A DNA stretch of 54,162 nucleotides, filler included, from Sphacelaria rigidula (taxonomy: Eukaryota): NCBI GenBank assembly GCA_964200075.2. It is 5 parts of 5 records of this genome, joined end to end, with 100 filler letters (N's around TTAATTAATTAA, not from the genome) between each part and the next. Parts side by side here need not be neighbours in the genome. Positions count along the whole stretch, not along the records: positions 32,561 to 43,311 come from CAXNAA020005973.1; positions 43,412 to 54,162 come from CAXNAA020005974.1; 3 more parts are not named here. One strand, 5' to 3'. How positions within the stretch are numbered: position 1 is the stretch's first letter; each line of letters opens with the position of its first letter. The notes below the pieces were generated by a model. It was not told the DNA's origin. It worked only from the letters and a program-made list of their open reading frames with translations, and ran no database searches. Both the position numbers and the translations under genes were made by a program. Below, piece by piece: positions 35,845-47,038 of this stretch.

Positions 35845-37327
35845 GCTCTAATACCAGATAAATTGCGGGGATAGGCACTAAATCAACCAAATAGACTTTA
35901 TCTGGTTTTTGCATCTCAGTGCTGACATGTGGTTTTACATTCGGTGTAAAATTTCACAGGGACAAAATGATGACTGTATGCGGCGCATTGATATCAAGTT
36001 TTTCTCCATGAGTCCAAGGTGTTTTTGTGAAAATGGATCTCGTTTGTTGTTCCCAACATATAGCACACGAAATCGCAAGTTAGCCAGCCAGTTTCAAGGG
36101 GTGTGCTTCGAAATTTGTTGCATAGAACGGCGAGGGCATCGTCAGGGAAACACTCAAGACATATTTTTGTCCATGAATTGAGCATGTTTCGTTGAAAATT
36201 GATCCATGAGTTGGAAAATCGCCCTCAAAGTAACGTGGCAAAGGCAATCTGATTGTCTTGTTTTTTTTCATCCACTCATATCCTTGCGATTATCCACACC
36301 AAATTTGAAAGCACACCTCTCAAGGCTTAGCTGCCAAGGGCCTACAATATACAGCTCCGTTTCTAAGCTGGATCAGCCTATAGATTCGGAGTCAGCAGCT
36401 GAGCTTTGAGGGTTGTGCTTTGATAGCTATACGGAAAATCACAAGCGTATGAAAGGGAACAAAGTCAATAAGACATTGGCGAGTTTCGAAAAACGTTTTT
36501 TCAAAACTTAGAGTCAGAGTGGAAGGAAAAATAGCCGGTAACTGTGCACTTTCCGCTATGAAGTTTTTTCCAGAGCGATTTTTTCAGAGTCAGAGTGCCG
36601 TTTGACTTCACTCTGAAAACCGTTGTTCCTCTTCAGAGCGCATAGCGGGATGAAGAAGAACCACGCCCACCTTCACCGCCATGGTCACGTCCAGTCCAAA
36701 GCCAACACATCCCAACAAGCAAAGTGGGACATTCATCATCCATCAAAACTGCCATACTCATCACAATGGGCCATTCACGAAGTGGAAAAGCTAGGCATGG
36801 AAATGAGAAGACCTCCCTGACGCCGCCATTATATCAGCATCCGCTTGGTTGTGTTGCGTGAATATTCAAATGCTCGACGGGCACACGTTGACGTGGGTGG
36901 AGTTCCTCATTCTTGCCAGCCCCAGCTGTAAGAACACGGTGTGAACGATTCGTAGTCTACAACGCACAAGCAGTCCTACACCTGGCTACATTGCCATTTC
37001 ATTAGAGATCATGACTTCTTGCACCACACTTATGGGTGGCATGTTGGGAAATCATCACAATGCGGCCCTGTCTGTTGTTTGAAAGTGCTGCCTACTACTG
37101 TACTGTGGTGCTGCTGTATTACTGTACAACTGATTGTCTGTACGTCATCGCTGTAGTTCACCGTACCGCGATATACTGTTGTAGGGTTCTGTATTGCACT
37201 CTCTATGCTGCACTGGCTGTACTCTACACTGCACAGCCCTACAGCACTACAGTACCCTGTGGTGCACCGTGGTGGATTGAAGTACTACAGGTGCAATGAA
37301 GCGTGATATACGGCACGTACGGTGCCG

Positions 37328-38776
37328 CAGGGTATGGTACAGCAAATGCCGTCTTAACTGGTGCATTTTTGGACTGCATCTGACTGCACGCCGGGCGATC
37401 GCACATTTATTTGGCGGCACAACCTGCGGCCAATCACTGCGGGAAAAAAAAAGTCCATATCAAGCCACGTCACATCAGCTTCCGCTGTGAAATTCTTAGC
37501 GTCCACAATGAAGTTTCAACGCTTTCACTCTGCACTCTCACTCTATGATCAGAAACAAAATCTTCCGAAACTCTCTATTGAGATTTTCCTCCGCCCATGT
37601 GTTAGAGACGTTTTTTTGCGAAAAATGTATGTTGCGTTTTGCGCTTCACTTATGAAAGAGGCCCAGTGCCTTGTCAACCGTTCAATTTTCGTACCCTTTC
37701 GATTTTTCGTACCAAATATCAAACACAGCGCTCAAATCTCCACGGCCACCGGCAGCAGCAGCAGCAGCAATAGCAGCAGCAGCAGCCACAGCAGCAACAC
37801 CGGCGACAGCCCATGAGACGCTGCCGGCGAATGCGTGAGCTTCTCGACCGTCGAATGCGTGAGATCCTCAACAACCGACAAAACAATTGGGAAATGCGCC
37901 AACGAAGGCGTGTCCAAGCGCTACCGGCATTGCTCAAGAGAGTTCTCCAGGGAAACAGGGAAACAGGGAAACTATTCTGCGTTACTACCGTGCCACCCCC
38001 TCATTATATCTAGTCAGGTGCATGCGGAGGCCACAGGCTGAGGATGGAGCGGAAGACTGCACTTCTCCGGATTGTCCAGTCATCAGCATTGTATTACGAA
38101 TCCGGTGCGAGGTGTTAGAACCAACTGTAAGACGGATGTGAAGAAATAACGCGGGAACAAGAAGCTCGCGTGACGGACACGCACACAACATGTTTTGCCG
38201 TGTATGCAGTATCATCCCGGGAGGACTCGGACCATAGTATGCTTTCACATATACGCTCGACTAACACGTTGCGACTGTACCTTTGTATCATCGGGTTGCT
38301 TGAAAAGGTTGTCCAGGGCGTTGTTTCCCTGGAGGACTCTCTTGAGCAAAGCCGGTAGCGCTTGGACACGCCTTTGTTGGCGCATTTCCCAATCGTTTGG
38401 TCGGTTGTTGAGGATCTCACGCATTCGACGGTTGAGAAGCTCACGCATTCGCCGGCAGCATCTCAAAACATGTTGTATGCGTGTTCATCACGCACACAAC
38501 ATGTTTTGCCGTGTATGCAGTATTACCCCGGGAGGACTCGGACCAAAGTATGCTTTTACATATACGCTCAACGAACACATTGCGACTATACCCTCATATG
38601 AGTGGGTTGCTGTAAAAGATGGTTCAGGGCATCACTTCCTGGGAGGACTCTCTTGAGCACTGCTGGTAGCGCTTCGACATGCCTTCGTCGGCGCATTTCC
38701 CTCTCGCTTGGTCGGTGGACACGTGGACAGATGGCAAATTACCAGCAGTTTGTGTAGCGTTTTTCTCGACACCCTG
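37328..38776. mobile_element. composite foldback-like element with internal inverted and tandem duplications
   Basis: 37813-37957 is inverted at 38322-38466; 38179-38410 is repeated directly at 38490-38715 (period 311). Ends CAGGGT.../...ACCCTG-TA resemble Tc1/mariner termini but are degenerate. Confidence 0.55.
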
Positions 38777-38844
38777 TAAGCAACCCTGTGAAGAGGCACT
38801 CCCAATTTGAAAATTATTTTGTTAAAAAATCTTTAAAGTCGTCT

Positions 38845-39135
38845 ATTTATAGAAGCTGTTCAAAATTGTTCCTCTTTTTGCCCGATTTCTCATTGGACAC
38901 TCGGGCAAAAAAAGGACAGCAGAACTATTCGAACAAGATCTTTTTCTTGCCCAGTTAAATCGGGCAAAAAACATGTATCTTGGACAGCTTCATCTACTAC
39001 ACAAGTCCCATACACATGTACGGGATTTGTGTAGTAGATGAAGCTGTTCAAAATAAATCATTTCTTTGCCTAACTTAATTGGGCAGAAACAGGATTTATT
39101 TTGAACAGCTTCCTCTGCTACACAAGTCCAATACA
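38845..39135. repeat. nested palindromic array
   Basis: Perfect 21-bp stem ACAGCTTCATCTACTACACAA / TTGTGTAGTAGATGAAGCTGT around ~39017. Outer arms themselves contain tgccc..gggca hairpins and gaagctgttcaaaa / ttttgaacagcttc modules. Confidence 0.85.
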
Positions 39136-39853
39136 CACTGGCAAATTTGAAACATATTCAGGAGAAGAAGCTCGAACTGAATTCTCACTTTGCCTGCTGA
39201 TTCATCCGGAAATTGGGCAAAAAGAGAACTTCTTGCGAACAGCCTCAATTGTGCAAGTTCCGCAAACCGCACCATAATCATCGGATGGGATACGAGATGC
39301 AGCAAAGATTGTTGAAAATAAGTCATCCTCTTGCCCCCCAATTTATATATCAATCGGGCTAAAGGATAGAATTCTCAACAGTTTTTGGTGAAGACGAATC
39401 TTTAAAACTGCTTACGAGTGTATGTCCACACGCCTGACCTTAGATACGACGCTTCGGCTTCAGGTATGGATGCTGAAATGAAGGTGTATACCTCGCATAT
39501 ATATATATGCATATAGTTCGTAAAATCCCCGTGGTCCAATGTCTACCAAGACGAACTAAATGATGTTTGGAAAAAATCACTCAATCAATCATGCTTTTGT
39601 TTATAGAGGTTTTGCTTGATAGTTATTAGAATCGTAAAAATATGCTTCACGTCAGCAACAAATCGGGTAGCTCAGCGTATATCTCGTCGGTACTTCCGAG
39701 CACAAAAGCGTGAGACGAAATACCTACCACTGCCATATCTCCACCGTTTGTTTCTACCAGTGCCATGCCCATGCTGTATGGTGGAGTATATTGCATGTGC
39801 CCTATAAACACTGTACAACATATGAACAACAACGAACAGTGCTCGGGGTGACA

Positions 39854-40025
39854 AAACCCTGTGAAGCATGCTGTGGGGCGAAAAAAAACACCCTACAGCC
39901 AAATCCCCGCGAGAAAAACTGCACAATTTCCCTGAAACCCTGTGAACCGTACTGTGTGGCGCAAAAAAACGCCCTACAGCCAACTCCCTGCGAGAAATAC
40001 TGCACAGTTTCCCTGAACCCTGTAG
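39854..40025. repeat. 81-bp tandem repeat (2+ copies)
   Basis: aaaccctgtgaa...ccctacagcc...cgagaaa.actgcaca.tttccctg at 39854 and 39935, partial at 40016. Confidence 0.85.
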
Positions 40026-40117
40026 ACGTGCCCCACAAGGTGCTATCTGTCCACGTGTGAAGTGACACCTCAGCCTTATCCTACCTATTTTCGCCCGCTC
40101 AATGGGGCTGTAAATTC

Positions 40118-40439
40118 CAGGGGTCTACACGTTACACGTGCCACAGCGCTACACGTTACGTTTACGCTACGCTTTGGCCGAAACGTAACGTGAACGTTAA
40201 ATTGTTTTCACGTGATGAACGTAACGTGAACGTAACGTTCAAATTTTAAATGAAACGTTATTGTATCAAAGGTGGCATACGTACCGTAACGTAAACATTC
40301 AATTGCTCAAACGTTCGGATCACGTAATATGAAACGTTTCACGTAACGTTACATGTTACGTTACACGTTACATGAAACGTCATGAACACGTCACATGAAG
40401 TGGTGAAACTTCAAGTTTGCAATGAATTCTAAAACCCTA
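40118..40439. mobile_element. hAT-like MITE filled with ACGT-core motifs
   Basis: Termini CAGGGGTCTACA / TCTAAAACCCTA; 8-bp flanks gtaaattc / gaatattg (5/8 match); interior packed with AACGTT, CACGT and TACGT. Confidence 0.55.
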
Positions 40440-41675
40440 GAATATTGTGCTTCAATGAACACGAGTGAGTTTGAATGACCATGGTATTGGTATGGTACTA
40501 TTGGTGTTGTGAGGGCGATACGGAGTAAAGACCCCGTTTATCAGGAGGGTGTTATTCACCGTGAATGGTTCAAGAAACAAAGTTTTCCGGCTTGAGCGCA
40601 GTGAGTAGGTGGAATTTAAAAAAAAAAGAAGAAAAGGGTCTTCACTTATTTAATCGGGATCGAGTCGGTCCACCGAAAATACCGAAAAGTTAGGACCTGG
40701 GGTTGCACTTTCGCAGGACCCCCGAATATCGGTCAAGCCCGTAAGTTACTCAATACTGATCGCCGATATTTTTTCCTCTAATTTTTGTCAAGAGGATAAA
40801 AATACTTCCAGATGCCCACTTTTTGGCATCCAACGGTCACTGTGATGAGCGGTGGCAAGCGAAACAAATTTGGAAAAACTTTGAGGAACTAAGAAATCAC
40901 GAATTCTGCATACTTCTGACGCTGACTACTGTAAAAAAAAGCTGAAACATGAGGGAAAAGTGGACTCGTGTTCCAAAAGTAAGATAGTTTGCTCAGAAGT
41001 TGATATTTTGCTCACGAAAGAGCAACATCTCCTGTGGTTGAAATTCGCTCCAACATATACCTATATACAACATTCGACATATGTCACGATGAAGCTATAG
41101 TACATGAGTAAGAGAAAAGGACGCGACTTCATATACTGTGGTAATGACGGACCACATGGACGAATACCCCTCGCGAGAAAAACGTCTGATGTGTGTGTGT
41201 GTGTGTATGTGTGTGTTGTCGCTCGTCCCTCCTATTCTGGACGCTGGTCTACACCTTATTTCGGTGTATATTTGTGGGCGCACCAGCCGGGGTCAAACAG
41301 GAGGAAGGTCAACACAGGAGCCTCTTTTTTTAAAATTTGTCTCTATTACTCCATCTTCTTTCTGCGGTGCACACCTTTATTTGTCATCGCGGGGTTCAGC
41401 AGTCCCGTTCCCCCGTCAACCGTTAAGTCGAATTTTCTGTACCCACGACATACAGTAGTCGCCCTCCACTGTTGGGCATGGTGTGAGGGGAGGACGATTA
41501 TCGTGGAAAAAACTGCTTGCCAACAAATGCACAAAGTCAAGACGGAAAAGTAGTTACACGTGGGCAAAGGTCTCCTCTGTGGGTGAACTGCGTAGGCCGA
41601 GTGCAGGGAACTCGGATGACCCAGCTTACTGGACTGTGTGCAAAGTCACAGTCCATACACTGTGAAGAACCTGAG

Positions 41676-41799
41676 CAGGGTTATCCCTGTCTCAAGGATG
41701 GAAGTCCTGTTTCAGGGACATCCCTCTGCGTAGGCCCTGCGCAGGGGGCTCATGATGCCCCTGTAACAGGACTCTCATCCTTGAGACAGGGATACCCTG
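41676..41799. repeat. 124-nt imperfect stem-loop (pre-miRNA-like or MITE-derived)
   Basis: TATCCCTGTCTCAAGGATG..AGTCCTGTT.CAGGG pairs with CCCTG.AACAGGACT..CATCCTTGAGACAGGGATA; the loop has its own cctctgcg/cgcagggg stem. Confidence 0.8.
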
Positions 41800-43311
41800 T
41801 GAATAACCTGCGCCCTAATGTTCGGGTATGTTACAGGATCCCAGGCATGCAGCCGGATGATTTGGGGGTTCCACTGGAACGCAAGTGAGCCCGGTGTACA
41901 TAGCAGTGAGCACCTGCACAAATTGGTGCGTATATGTATATAGGTCTTCAGCTCGCCAAGTCGCGCGGAAACCCTCTCGTGTAGGCATACGCCTGGGGGG
42001 TACTCAAGTTCCCTTGTCTAATTGAACAAAAAGTGAATCTGGGGTGCAAATACATGTGAGATGATACATTTTTCAATAACACGCCTCACTTCAAATTGTT
42101 GGCGGAAGGTAGTATTCGAATGTATATTATTTAAATCATCACGTAGGAGCAGCAAGAGGTGCTGCATTCAGCAAGAGCAATAAGTATTTTCCTAAACACA
42201 CACGGACCCACCACACTCTAATGTATACACTATAATGGTGTGCTTTGGTTATTGAGAGAAAAAAAGCGCCTGACTTGTCAACTGAATTTTTTTTTTATGT
42301 ATCCACATGATTTGAACCACCATACATACGTCGAAACCAACTACGACACACGATATTATAATTGCACCACGTAATACCCCTACGCCAAATGTGTAACTAT
42401 AAAATATGCACATGTGGAAGAGAAGCTAAATGCACGCCGGGAAACCTTCGCGAAGCAACCGGCGTTGCCCCCCCTCTACGTATCTTCATTACGAAGAAGC
42501 AATATGTATTTGTGTACAACCTGCAAGTCGAAATATCCCTCAACATTTGCGTATCAACCTCCGATTGTACAACGACAATGAATTTACGGAGAAAGCTCAA
42601 CCGAGGACATCTATTGACTCTGGCAACATCTCAGCACATCTACGAATAGCTCTAAGAAAAACACAGACATCACTGCTGAACATGAACTCTTGCTTACTGT
42701 GGCAAATAATGGAGGCTGAAAGCAAGACACAGCAGACGGTCATGGGAGTTGACCGCGCCGGACGGATGGCTGCAAACAGGTAGCAACAAACACAGCGTCT
42801 ATGGTTGTTGTTTATTGAAATCGAAGCAAAGAAGGCCTGCGAAAAAAGCGCCGGGCGGTGAGCTGCAATTTTTTGTTGTTCTTGCTTACGCTCTTACTGA
42901 TTGGACGCCTACGCTGAAAGGAAAACTAATCGCGTTACCGCTTCGACGTGAACGTGTTGCACATATACTTGGGTCAACGTGGAATCTTGTCCTCGTCTAA
43001 GATGAACGGTGATGGAAAATCGTTGCAAAACCTGATCAACCTTTCGCTTTTTGTGTTTTGCGCAATATACAGCCACACATTTACAGCAACATGGTCCAAA
43101 GCAAACTCTAGCCCGAAGGGAACAGATACGCTCTTTTTGTGTTCTGCAGTCTGGTGTCACCTGTGTTCATCGCGTGTGTACATGTATAGTTGAAATTCCG
43201 TTTTTCATAATCAAATTCCGTTTTCTAGAATCAAAGTGCCAGATCCACCATCAGGGCTCCGCGTATTGCCTGCTACGCGCATACTTTCAGGCACTGACTG
43301 CTTGGGTCGAA

Positions 43312-43411
43312 NNNNNNNNNNNNNNNNNNNNNNNNNNNNNNNNNNNNNNNNNNNNTTAATTAATTAANNNNNNNNNNNNNNNNNNNNNNNNNNNNNNNNN
43401 NNNNNNNNNNN
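43312..43411. other. artificial contig linker
   Basis: N44-TTAATTAATTAA-N44. Confidence 0.97.
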
Positions 43412-43798
43412 TCCCCTGGCTACCCCTATCTCGGCTTCCTCATCTAAATCGAACAACTTTCGAGGTTCGATCAACACGAGTTGACGTTCCTGCGGTTGAG
43501 GACCTCGCACATAGCCTGGAACTAGCTCGCTAACGAAGCCTTCTAACCTTGCGTCCTCCGTCAGCCGCAGAAGCCACTGAAGTGTAGCGTCGTCCTCCCA
43601 CGCCGCTCCAAGGCTCTTCCACACCTCATCCCATGCTGCCAGATCGCTCTCTTCCGACAACATCCCCGTCGGGTCGTCACTGAGCGCTTTTGGCTTGACA
43701 GCACAGAAGAGATTCCACCTTGCCAAATCTCCTTGGTCGGTGAGGTCATCGCTGTCAACAGCTCCGAGTTTTGGTGAACCATTAGATACAAATCTTTT

Positions 43799-44254
43799 TC
43801 ACGGAGCCTCCGGCGAAGGTCGAAATCCTGATCGACCTTCAAAAGACAGTGTACGCTTGTTCCTTCTAAAGAAACTTGCCCCCAAAATGAATCCGTACGG
43901 TAATCCATCGACCACCCTGACCCATACTTTCCTTATTCTATCCTTTGGGTGGAACCGAATCGGGATTACCGTTGACCCTAGAATCTTCATCGGTGGCGTC
44001 CGGCTGTCACTAGGGTTTGCTGCCCTCAAAAATCCTGCTCCCTGTCGCTGCAGCTTGCCTGTGATATTACCCCACGTCACCAACGATTTCCACCACTGCT
44101 TCGATGCATAGCTACCCCCCCCTGCCCCGGTGTCCAGTAACACCGTTACTGGTAAGCCGTGGCTACTTTTGCTGTGGTGCCAAATTCTAGCTCGCACCCA
44201 CAGTAGTTGCTGTGCATCGCCACCCTTTACTGCTGATAAACTATCTACGTACAC
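43799..44254 (-). pseudogene. retroviral-type aspartic protease domain of pol
   Basis: LLDTGA catalytic motif and distal ILG motif. Confidence 0.85.
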
Positions 44255-44322
44255 GCTGTCCCCCGGGGACTGCGACCCCAGGGCGCACCCTTATTCCTCG
44301 CTTGTGGCGTCGAAACGATTGC

Positions 44323-46522
44323 TCAGTGCATCAACCGTCTCGACTCCCTCCTCCTCGACGTCGCTTTCTGGTTTGTCCAGCCGTGGTTGAACCCCCGGTC
44401 TTCGTACTGGCTGTCAATTAACCCGAACAACTCCCCCAGTTGTAGGCTCATTAGCCTGTCCCTCTTCGTCTCGGGCTGTGCTTGTTTCTGCTCCGGTTGC
44501 TTGTAATGACCGAAGGGAATTCGATCTTGATTATGAGAGTAATTGCAGCCGCCCTCTGAGTCCTTGCTGCTGCAGTCTCGTCCATATGCGTGGTTGAAAC
44601 ACACCCCTAGCAAACGGATGGCGACGTCGCGCTCCCCTTGGGCGCATTGCGGGCAGGGAGGAACCCGGTCGCCGGTGCCTCTCCTCGCGTGTCAAACTTG
44701 ACACGCTTGGTGGGCTTAGCTGATTCTTCCCTCGGGCGCTTCTGTGCTCCACGAGTAGATGAGGATGTCCCGAAAGGCGTGCCGCCTCGTGGTGTTGACG
44801 CCTTTTGGTTGCTGAAGGCAGCAGCAGAGTCGAAGTCTTGCCCTTGGTTCTCTTCCTCTGCTTCTTGCATGAGTCGCTTCTTAACTTCTACCAACCCCGC
44901 GTATATGGGCTTGGGTGCGGGGCGTGTTAATGCTGCAGTAGTGCTGTTCATCGCCTCAGTAGATGTTCTAGATCATTCACAGTGACGTTGATTGGCCGAT
45001 ACAACTTCACTATATATTTGATACGTGCGGCGCCCTCGCTCCTTCATGTCGGGGTTGCACGGGTCTCCATGGTGAACTGGTAAGGATCGGACGTCGTCTT
45101 CTAAGGCTTTGTTGGGTGTTTGTAATAACGTATGTGATACGATCTGGCCAGTCTGGTCGGGGATTACCAACTTATGGAAAGTGCTGCACATCTGTAAGAC
45201 CAAAACTTCCGAGGCTGTCCTCCAGAAGTATTCTTCCTCTGCGAGGTGTGAAGAGGCTGAAGAAACCGTGGCCGCCATAGTCAGCAGTATCAGCCGATGA
45301 GCGGCTGCTACATAACTCTCATTCTTGAGTAGTTTCATGTGCAGTGCAGTCTGTGCATGGCTTACATCCATCCTCGCTTCTTCTGCTACTAGCTTCCGGA
45401 GCCACTCCAGAGCGGTTACATCTCCAAACGGTACGCGTATGAAATTTCCTGTTACTCCAGGTACCGAGATTTGGTTCTCCCTCCAACTCGTCATCTCCGT
45501 ATACGTCGCGGAAGTAGGCAGCATTACACGCATCAGAAGGTCCCTGCGTCTATCTGTGTATTGATCCGCTTGTGGTCTCAGCGACTTACTGGTCATGTGT
45601 GCATCAGTGAGGACCCTCCAATTCCCGCCTTCATACGCCGCGCGCGTGGTACGAAAATGGTTCGCGAACAAGACCGCGGAGTTAGTATAAGTCAGTTCTG
45701 CAATATGATCTACAGGCCGTCCCTTATAAACGATGGTGTCGGTGTCTTTGGAGCCGAGAAGCTTGGCCGAAGTGTTTGCTTGACGGGACATCGCTTGTTG
45801 GTGTTTCAGCACAGCCGACCAGTTGTGATCAGATGGGTATGGTGCGGGAACACGAGGGTACGTGGCCCCATACCGAGTCAGCCCATCCAGCCTGGATTGG
45901 GCTGCCGGGGTTACACCAGAGGGATTGAGAGATCCGTAGAACGGACTGCAGTAGAGACTAACCGGGTCTGGTGCGACCGTAAACCTCGAGCGGCGCTGTG
46001 GGGGCAATGGCGGTGGAGGTGGCAGCTGGGAATGAGCGAAATTTCCAGCGGCGGGGGCTTGATGAGCCCCCTGAGGCACAAAGACTGGCCTTGCCGACTG
46101 AATAGTGGAGGGACAGACGGCGGGACATGCTGAGGCATCGGGCCAAAGTGCCCTTGCTGTTTCTGTTGCAGAACCTGCTGATGAGGAGCTGCGGCCACCT
46201 GTTGTTGTGGAAGCGGTCCAACAGCCTGCTGCTGAGGGGGTACGGCAGCCTGCTGTTGCTGAAGAGGTCCAACAAACTGTTGCTGAGAAGGTGCAACAGC
46301 CTGCTGTTGCTGAACAGGTCCAACAACCTGTTGCTGAGGGGGTGCAACAGCCTGTTGTTGCTGAACAGGTCCGACAAACTGTTGCTGAACAGGTCCAACA
46401 AACTGTTGTTGCTGAACAGGGACGAAAGATTGCTCCTGCTGAGGGGCTTGCACTGGAGGCTGTTGACTCGACCCTGATGAGTAGAAGGGTTGGGCTTGCG
46501 GGTTCAAGGGGTTTCCGCTCAT
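44323..46522 (-). pseudogene. gag-like polyprotein (Gln/Pro-rich N-terminus, helical core, CCCH finger), disrupted
   Basis: Starts MSGNPLNPQAQPF at 46522; frameshift ~46100; in-frame stop at 44973-44975; frameshift before CFNHAYGRDCSSKDSEGGCNYSH. Confidence 0.65.
46195..46440 (-). repeat. coding minisatellite (VGPVQQQQAVAPPQQQ-type units) in gag
   Basis: ctgttgctga.caggtccaaca repeated. Confidence 0.85.
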
Positions 46523-46703
46523 CCTTTTGCCGATTTTCGAGTTGGCTATTCGATACTTGAAACGATAACCTGCACACATATTCCACATGGATATAAAAAC
46601 ATCAGTCAAACGCACTTCATAATATCGACACAGTATCTCACCGTCTATTGGACGCTTTGGGCAGAATGGGGTGAGAAACATCTGAAATGGGATAGAACGG
46701 ACA

Positions 46704-46720
46704 GCCTCAATTTTCCATCA
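46704..46720 (-). promoter_or_regulatory. putative primer-binding site (degenerate, tRNA-Ala-like)
   Basis: TGATGGAAAATTGAGGC immediately after the ...TGTACCA LTR end; resembles a TGGTGGAG-type PBS. Confidence 0.4.
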
Positions 46721-47038
46721 TGGTACAAGAGTGGAAATCAGAAAGGGAAGGTGAACAAGGGGAAACCGGAAAGCAGGAAAGCATGACAGAAAATTTGATC
46801 GCGCGAGACGGGTTCATGTGAGCATTCGGCTCGAATTTCCCTAAATGGGGAATAATCAAGGATATTCTTCCGGGCTTCGGCCTCCTGTCAACCTGGAAGA
46901 GCACGCGGGGGGTGTAAAATGTGGCTCCCATAAACCTGTTCGAACGAGCACGGTCTTGCTATCTTGGGCTTCCGTCCTCCTTCATTTCCTGTATGTAGTG
47001 ATTTCCTGCCTGTTTGTGGGTGAGCTTATTGTATAACG
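46721..47038 (-). repeat. putative 5' LTR (~318 bp)
   Basis: Minus strand CGTTATAC...CTTGTACCA (TG...CA with one change), pyrimidine-rich U5-like end, then the PBS. The second LTR is not in the contig. Confidence 0.45.

Larger units (their letters stand above)
43412..47038 (-). mobile_element. 5' half of a decayed Ty3/gypsy-like LTR retrotransposon (LTR-PBS-gag-protease), truncated by the contig end
   Basis: Retropepsin motifs VTVLLDTGAG and YGFILGASFF, a long upstream gag-like frame, and a candidate LTR and PBS; several stops and frameshifts. Confidence 0.8.

Noticed and set aside
40835..40870. Hammerhead-like GTGATGAGC...GCGAAAC
   Set aside because: Core C3 is missing and stems I and III do not pair.
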